Assembly: GCA_964016885.1 (NCBI GenBank)
Contig: OZ024740.1
Coordinates: forward strand, 50,344,001 to 50,408,000
Source: Eledone cirrhosa
Lineage: Eukaryota
Direction of reading: 5' to 3'
DNA: 64,000 nt
The position numbers and the translations under genes were made by a program. Below the pieces are notes generated by a model. That model worked only from the letters and a program-made list of their open reading frames with translations. It searched no databases and was not told the DNA's origin. Below are positions 62,201 to 64,000 of this stretch, one piece after another; the stretch's first letter is position 1, and every line of letters begins with the position of its first letter.

Positions 62201-62998
62201 TGCCAAGTGGAGTGGACTTCATCAAATCAGACCAAGGAAACAATGGTCTTTCCATTGCTGATACTATCTACCGGTTGCAGAAAAAATTAACATGAAATAA
62301 AGTGTCTTGCTCAAGGATACATGGCACTACTTGGTCCAAGAATTGAACTCGCAACCGCACAATTGCAAATCCAACTCTCTAACTACTAAGCCACACACCT
62401 TCACTCACAGTAATAAATGCCTACTAACACTAGAATAACCTACTGACACACAATAACCCATTAACAAAATAATATAACACATTGATAAAGAATAATACAA
62501 TAACCTAATTAATATAAAGCAATAAATAATACATATGTGGAATAGGTGAGTATCTAGGACATAAATCCTAACTTAAATAAAACCTACCACTCAAACAACA
62601 TAATAGTAAGACCTGCTTTAATGAAATGTGAATGGAAAACCATGAGTAATAAGATGGACTACAGAATTAACAATGGGCATGAAAGCAAAATTGATTTTAA
62701 AGTTAAGAATGCATGTGACTATGTGTATTATATACACGTGTGTGTGTGTGTATCATCATCATCATCGTTTAACGTCTATCTTCCATGCTAGTATGGGTTT
62801 AGACGGGAATTGTCCCACGTGAGGCAAGATTGGTTGTCTTGCTCGTATAGGACTGTCTGGCGAGTTTTCTACGGCTGGATGCCGTTTACAGTGTGGACAG
62901 GGAGGTTTTTATTGTGTTATCCACACAGCCACATTACAGCGTGGACTGTGTTTTTTTGTTGTGACACCTACATGACCTCATTTATTTAGGACGGCACC

Positions 62999-63070
<72 letters not shown>

Positions 63071-63416
63071 TCATCATCATCATCATCATTTCATTTTACG
63101 TCCGCTTTTCCCTGCTTGCAAGAGTGGGACGGGAACTGATTCTGGCTTGATTTCTACAGCTGGATGCCCTTCCTAACACCAACCTCATTTACAGTGAGTG
63201 CTGGGTGTTTTTTTGCCGTGGCACCTCCACGACCACTTTGCAGTGGAATGATAGGGACCTCAGTCCTATCATCTCATTTCTACAGCTGAGTAAACTGGAC
63301 CAATGTGAAATAAAGTGTCTTGCTCAAGGAAACAACACATCACCCAGTCTGAGAATTGAACTCACAACCTTTCGATTGCAAGCCCAATACTCTAACCACT
63401 AAGCCATGTGCCTCCA

Positions 63417-63730
63417 TAATATATATATATATATACATATATACGTCTATATATACACATATATATATATACATATATATATAATATATATATATACATA
63501 TATATATAATATATATATACATATATATATAATATATATATACATATATATATAATATATATATACATATATATATAATATATATATACATATATATATA
63601 ATATATATATACATATATATATAATATATATACATATACAGTATATACATATATATACGTATACAGTATATACATATATATATATATACATATATATATA
63701 TAATATATATATACATATATATACATATAC
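63417..63730. repeat. TA-rich ~21-bp minisatellite (atatatatacatatatatata)
   Basis: Read directly; source of the spurious Y/I-rich ORFs. Pure (TA)n at 63002-63068 and 55934-55983. Confidence 0.95.
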
Positions 63731-63734
63731 AGTA

Positions 63735-64000
63735 CCTAAATACATAGTAAAACCTACTACAGCCAGTAGGCATCTCTAACAAAATACACCCCGTCCCACC
63801 ACCCCCACCCCATCCACACCACCCCGTTCTATGTAAAGTTATGTTGGTGCCGCGCCATCCAGGCCGAAACAAATGAGATCGTGTAGGTGTCACGACAAAA
63901 AAACACACAGACCACGCTGTAATGTGGCCGTGTAGGCAACACGGTAAAAACCTCCCAGACCCACACTGTAAATGTGGTTGGTGTTAGGAAGGGCATCCAA
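63735..64000 (+). mobile_element. RTE 3' UTR fragment running off the window
   Basis: Matches 26740-27000. Similar UTR-only copies at 53182-53557(-), 53727-53914(+), 62752-62992(-), 44620-44781(+) and 6031-6130(-). Confidence 0.85.

Noticed and set aside
63340-63908. Y/I-rich ORFs of 117-153 aa
   Set aside because: Translation of a TA minisatellite.

Overview
AT-rich, repeat-dense animal genomic DNA. The tRNA-SINE/RTE families with (ATG)n tails suggest an octopod cephalopod (inference). One host gene is supported: VMP1/TMEM49 on the minus strand, with five phase-compatible coding exons between 11510 and 1905, continuing off the left edge. A candidate in-frame first exon at 50659-50690 would give a 39-kb intron 1. 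The rest is transposon-derived: RTE LINEs (one near full length but disabled), partner tRNA-SINEs, mariner/maT relics, piggyBac- and pogo-type MITEs, a CRE-like fragment and microsatellites. Most notable: (1) a 243-bp direct repeat at 33798-34527 carrying two Penelope/retrozyme-type hammerhead ribozymes with complementary core mutations, so that a fully consensus composite core can be drawn, plus several decayed hammerhead relics; (2) a C4HC3 PHD finger inserted in the RTE reverse transcriptase; (3) a Helitron-like element enclosing an L1/Tx1 fragment. All alignments and folds were done by eye.
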